Assembly: GCA_963662405.2 (NCBI GenBank)
Contig: CAXXKT010000002.1
Coordinates: 320,001-384,000, forward strand
Reading direction: 5' to 3'
From: Syntrophales bacterium
GTDB lineage: Bacteria > Desulfobacterota > Syntrophia > Syntrophales > UBA2210
Length of the DNA stretch: 64,000 nucleotides
The notes beneath the pieces were generated by a model. It saw nothing but the letters and a program-made list of their open reading frames with translations. It did no database searches and was not told the origin of the DNA. The translations under genes were made by a program, and so were the position numbers. Positions 60,750 through 64,000 of this stretch are shown here, piece after piece. The number at the start of each line of letters is the position of its first letter. Position 1 is the stretch's first letter.

Positions 60750-62036
60750 ATGCAACGCATGCAGCTCTTTATCGACTGGTTGATCCCCAGCGAGGTAAAA
60801 AAAGATGTCGACCTCTACATCCGATCGAAACAACTGGTCATCTTCTGCCTGATCAGTCCGGCATTCTTTATCCCGAATGCCCTCAAGTGGAAAAGTATCG
60901 GGAGCACGGGACTCGCCGTCAGCATGGGTGTGGTGATGCTCTTGATCGCCGGGATGCCCTTTTTTTTCAAATACTTGAAATCGCTCTCCATCTTCGCCAA
61001 TTGCACATTCGCCATCCTCGTGTGGCATTTTATCTTTCTCCCGTACTGTACCGGCGGGATACATTCCTCCGCCCTCACCTGGAACCTGGTGATTCCCGTC
61101 TTCGCTGCGGCATTTGCGGGGATACGAAGCTCCCTCTTCTGGTCCTCCATCATGCTTCTGGAGATCGGGACCTTTGCCTATTTTGAGTCTGCAGGTGTGG
61201 TGCTTCCGAAGATAGACATGACATCGGGGCAATTCCTGGAGGCGGAGATTGCCAATGCGGTCGGTCCCCTCCTGGCCGTGGTGCTGACCATGTTCTTCGC
61301 CGAACAGGGACGGAAACAGGCATTCGATGCCCAGAGACTCGCTCAGGATGCCGTGCTGGAGGCGGAAGAGCAGTCGAAGCGTGAAGCCGACCAGAGCACA
61401 GAAGAACTCCAGGAAATCTTCGACCGGGTTCGAAACAGCACCCAGAATCTGAACACTCAAGTCAACGAGATCTCCGATAAAATCAAACAGAATGCCAATC
61501 ACTCCGTGAAGGCCGATCAGGTGATGAAGGAGTCCGAACGAATCGTCACCTCGGCCCAGGACTCTATGAAGCAACTGATCGCCTCAATGGAAAAGATCGC
61601 CGCAGCCAGTGAAAACACATCCAAGATCATCAAGACCATCGATGAAATCGCTTTTCAGACAAATCTCCTGGCACTCAATGCCGCTGTCGAGTCGGCCCGC
61701 GCCGGTGAGGCGGGTGCGGGTTTTGCGGTCGTCGCGGAGGAGGTCAGGAACCTGGCGCTTCGCTCGGCCGAGGCCGCCCGGAATACGGCCGACCTGATCG
61801 CCGAGACGGGGAAAACCATCGGCGAGGGGACCGAACTGGTTTCCGGCACCGATACCGCCTTCCTCAATGTCGCCGACAGCGTGACCCAGGTTGTGGGTCT
61901 GATCGCCGATATCGCCGACTCATCAAACCACCAGGCGGAAGGGATCGAGCATATAAACCTGACCGTTGCCGAAATGGCCCAGATAGTGGAATCAAAGAAT
62001 GAGGTACACCAACACTACCAACTGATCGAGGCCTGA
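60750..62036 (+). CDS. Methyl-accepting chemotaxis protein
   Basis: Multi-TM N-terminus; [37 protein letters not shown]. Confidence 0.95.
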   Translation: MQRMQLFIDWLIPSEVKKDVDLYIRSKQLVIFCLISPAFFIPNALKWKSIGSTGLAVSMGVVMLLIAGMPFFFKYLKSLSIFANCTFAILVWHFIFLPYCTGGIHSSALTWNLVIPVFAAAFAGIRSSLFWSSIMLLEIGTFAYFESAGVVLPKIDMTSGQFLEAEIANAVGPLLAVVLTMFFAEQGRKQAFDAQRLAQDAVLEAEEQSKREADQSTEELQEIFDRVRNSTQNLNTQVNEISDKIKQNANHSVKADQVMKESERIVTSAQDSMKQLIASMEKIAAASENTSKIIKTIDEIAFQTNLLALNAAVESARAGEAGAGFAVVAEEVRNLALRSAEAARNTADLIAETGKTIGEGTELVSGTDTAFLNVADSVTQVVGLIADIADSSNHQAEGIEHINLTVAEMAQIVESKNEVHQHYQLIEA

Positions 62037-62236
62037 GATGGGGGGGGACCGGGGAGAATCCCCGGTCCCCTTTCTATCCGGCAGCATGACATCGCCGTTT
62101 CCCCCCGTATTTGCAACCTAAAATTCCTTGACAGAAAATTTTCACGGGATATGGTGTTTCTCTCAAACAGTGACATAATTGAGATGTCACGTCGAGCCCT
62201 TGCTGATTGATACAGGACACAAAGGAGATCTTCACG

Positions 62237-62653
62237 ATGGATTATACCCATATGACCGCTCCGTGCGGGCTGGCCTGTTTTAATTGTCCCCTTTATTTTG
62301 CCATCGAGAATGAATCACTCAGAGTAAAACTGGCGAAGCGCATGGATATCCCGATTGAGAAAATAGCCTGCCGGGGATGCCGGGACGAACAGGGCATCAT
62401 CCCCTATCTCGACATGACTGAACCCTGCAACGTCTATCGGTGCACCCGGGAGAAGGGAATCGACTTCTGCTGCGACTGCGGGGATTTCCCCTGTGATTAT
62501 CTGCACCCCTACGCGGACCGGGCGGACCGGATCCCGCACAATACGAAGATCTTCAACCTCTGTCTGATCAGGAAGATGGGCTTGGAAGAATGGGCACGAG
62601 AGAAGGCACGGGATGTTCAACAGACCTACTACCAGGGGAAGTGGAAGCTATAA
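62237..62653 (+). CDS. DUF3795-like Cys-rich protein
   Basis: APCGL.C..C, C.GCR, C....C, C.DC.DFPC. Confidence 0.8.
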   Translation: MDYTHMTAPCGLACFNCPLYFAIENESLRVKLAKRMDIPIEKIACRGCRDEQGIIPYLDMTEPCNVYRCTREKGIDFCCDCGDFPCDYLHPYADRADRIPHNTKIFNLCLIRKMGLEEWAREKARDVQQTYYQGKWKL

Positions 62654-62772
62654 GGCAAGAGATCATTCTTCGTTGATAATCATTTTCGATCCGACGAGGA
62701 CCCCGGGCATACTTGATAGTCGGGGTCCTTTTCTTGATTTGACCGAGTGGGTGAAGCATTTTTCAGAGAGTC

Positions 62773-63030
62773 CTATACCGCAAGGAACTGTCTTCGGACC
62801 TCGTGGTGCTGTTCCAGCTCCCCGGCGCTTCCGCTGTAGACGATACGCCCCCTCCCCATCAGGGAGACCCGGTGGGCGATAGAGAGGGCCACCTTCAGAT
62901 TCTGCTCCACCCGCAGGATTGAAACACCCGTCTTCTCGTTGATCTCCGCCAGGACGTTCCGTACCTCCCGCACCATGATCGGCGCCAACCCCTCCGTCGG
63001 CTCATCAACCAGCAAAAGACCCGGATTCAC
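62773..63030 (-). pseudogene. LivF-like ABC ATPase C-terminal fragment
   Basis: LLLVDEPTEGLAP, VEQN; no Walker A. Confidence 0.75.
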
Positions 63031-63135
63031 CTCAACTGTTAGAATTTCTTCCGCCACGTCTTTTCTGCGATACATTCGGTTCCATCTTCGTCTCGCCGAG
63101 ATGTCTTCAGGGATAAACAGCCTAAAGATGTTTGA

Positions 63136-63172
63136 AAACACTCAAAAATCCTACTTTAGTAGTATTTACAAT
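63136..63172 (+). promoter_or_regulatory. Palindromic operator upstream of PEP-CTERM gene
   Basis: Near-identical to 5685-5721. Confidence 0.65.
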
Positions 63173-63273
63173 CCCCCCTCCTCCTGCCATTCTAAGAACC
63201 AAGAAAAGAGTACGAATCGACGTCCCGGTGACGGGGATACACGGCGATTCATTGGAGAGCACGGGGGTGCATC

Positions 63274-63909
63274 ATGAAAAAGATATTTATTACCGTGGTT
63301 ATTTTTCTATGCGTCGCAACCAGCAGTTGGGCGACCTACACGGGAAGCATCGTCGGAGGCAACACGCTGTTCGGAACGGACGGATGGAGTAGTGCCGTTC
63401 TGAGCTGGGATGTCAGTTTCGAGAATAATGCCTGGGTTTACAATTATACCTTTTCAGCTGCAGAGAAGGCGATCAGCCATCTGATTCTTGAGGTATCGGG
63501 CACCTTCACTTCCGATAACATCCTGGACGGAACCACCACCGGATACACGCTCGGCACGTATAGCGAAAGCAACGGGAATCCCGGCATGCTTGGTTCGATC
63601 ATCGGCCTGAAGTGGGATACGGACGGGATCGATACAACGGAGTCGATCACCATCGTATCCGACCGGGCCCCCATGTGGGGTGACTTCTACGCGAAAGACG
63701 GGGTCCAGGGCGGGGTTCTTGCCTACGCGTACAATACGCAATTCGGTTCCGATACCACCGCATCGATCGGCGAAGGCAACGCGGGCGGCTGGGTACTGGT
63801 CCCGGATACTCAGAGTTCGCCCCCCGTCCCCGAACCGGGGACCATGCTCCTCCTTGGGGCCGGCCTGATCGGTCTGGCAGGGGCAAGCAGAAAAAGGATC
63901 AGGAAATAA
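63274..63909 (+). CDS. PEP-CTERM sorting domain protein
   Basis: Signal peptide; C-terminal PVPEPGTMLLLGAGLIGLAGASRKRIRK. Confidence 0.92.
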   Translation: MKKIFITVVIFLCVATSSWATYTGSIVGGNTLFGTDGWSSAVLSWDVSFENNAWVYNYTFSAAEKAISHLILEVSGTFTSDNILDGTTTGYTLGTYSESNGNPGMLGSIIGLKWDTDGIDTTESITIVSDRAPMWGDFYAKDGVQGGVLAYAYNTQFGSDTTASIGEGNAGGWVLVPDTQSSPPVPEPGTMLLLGAGLIGLAGASRKRIRK

Positions 63910-63928
63910 CAACCGGAACGTAAGGTAT

Positions 63929-63975
63929 AAAAAAGTCTTGGTGGTCCTGCGCGAAGGGACCGCCAAGACTTTTTC
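63929..63975 (+). terminator. Intrinsic (possibly bidirectional) terminator
   Basis: AAAAAGTCTTGGTGGTCC..GGACCGCCAAGACTTTTT. Confidence 0.8.
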
Positions 63976-64000
63976 GGTTTGAGAAATCGACGTTCCAACA

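Noticed and set aside
59739..61574. 611-aa sirtuin fusion ORF in the track
   Set aside because: The N-terminal ~350 aa are the antisense shadow of the MCP gene and the intergenic region; the sirtuin has its own RBS and ATG at 60524

Overview
Bacterial chromosomal window. The gene content (adk type, PEP-CTERM proteins, sigma54 systems, a selenoprotein) suggests an anaerobic Desulfobacterota/Syntrophales-like organism; this is an inference. Backbone genes are pepA, oppDF-type ABC ATPases and tRNA-Arg/tRNA-Lys on the left, and adk-lepA-hemW, an MrpD-like antiporter, a sigma54-controlled symporter/amidohydrolase operon, CoA-transferase, crotonase, sirtuin and MCP on the right. Between them lies a ~31.8 kb island (3137-34974) integrated at tRNA-Lys(CTT), bounded by a 51-bp direct repeat. 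Its right end is a decayed P4/PICI-like core (tyrosine integrase, xis-like HTH, broken primase-helicase, iteron origin). Its cargo is c-di-GMP enzymes, a PEP-CTERM protein, integron-like cassettes and many IS elements. Main observations: (1) an IS110 whose non-coding end carries bridge-RNA guide segments matching its own donor junction and insertion site; (2) a five-copy non-coding module with fixed spacing, three copies of which carry an SD-ATG-X-TGA minigene, and which is the IS110 target; (3) a UGSC-type selenoprotein split in the ORF track by an in-frame TGA; (4) attC-like cassettes with no integron integrase in the window; (5) tandem covarying cloverleaf RNAs; (6) a palindrome shared upstream of two distant PEP-CTERM genes. 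All calls come from reading the sequence by eye; no database searches were run.
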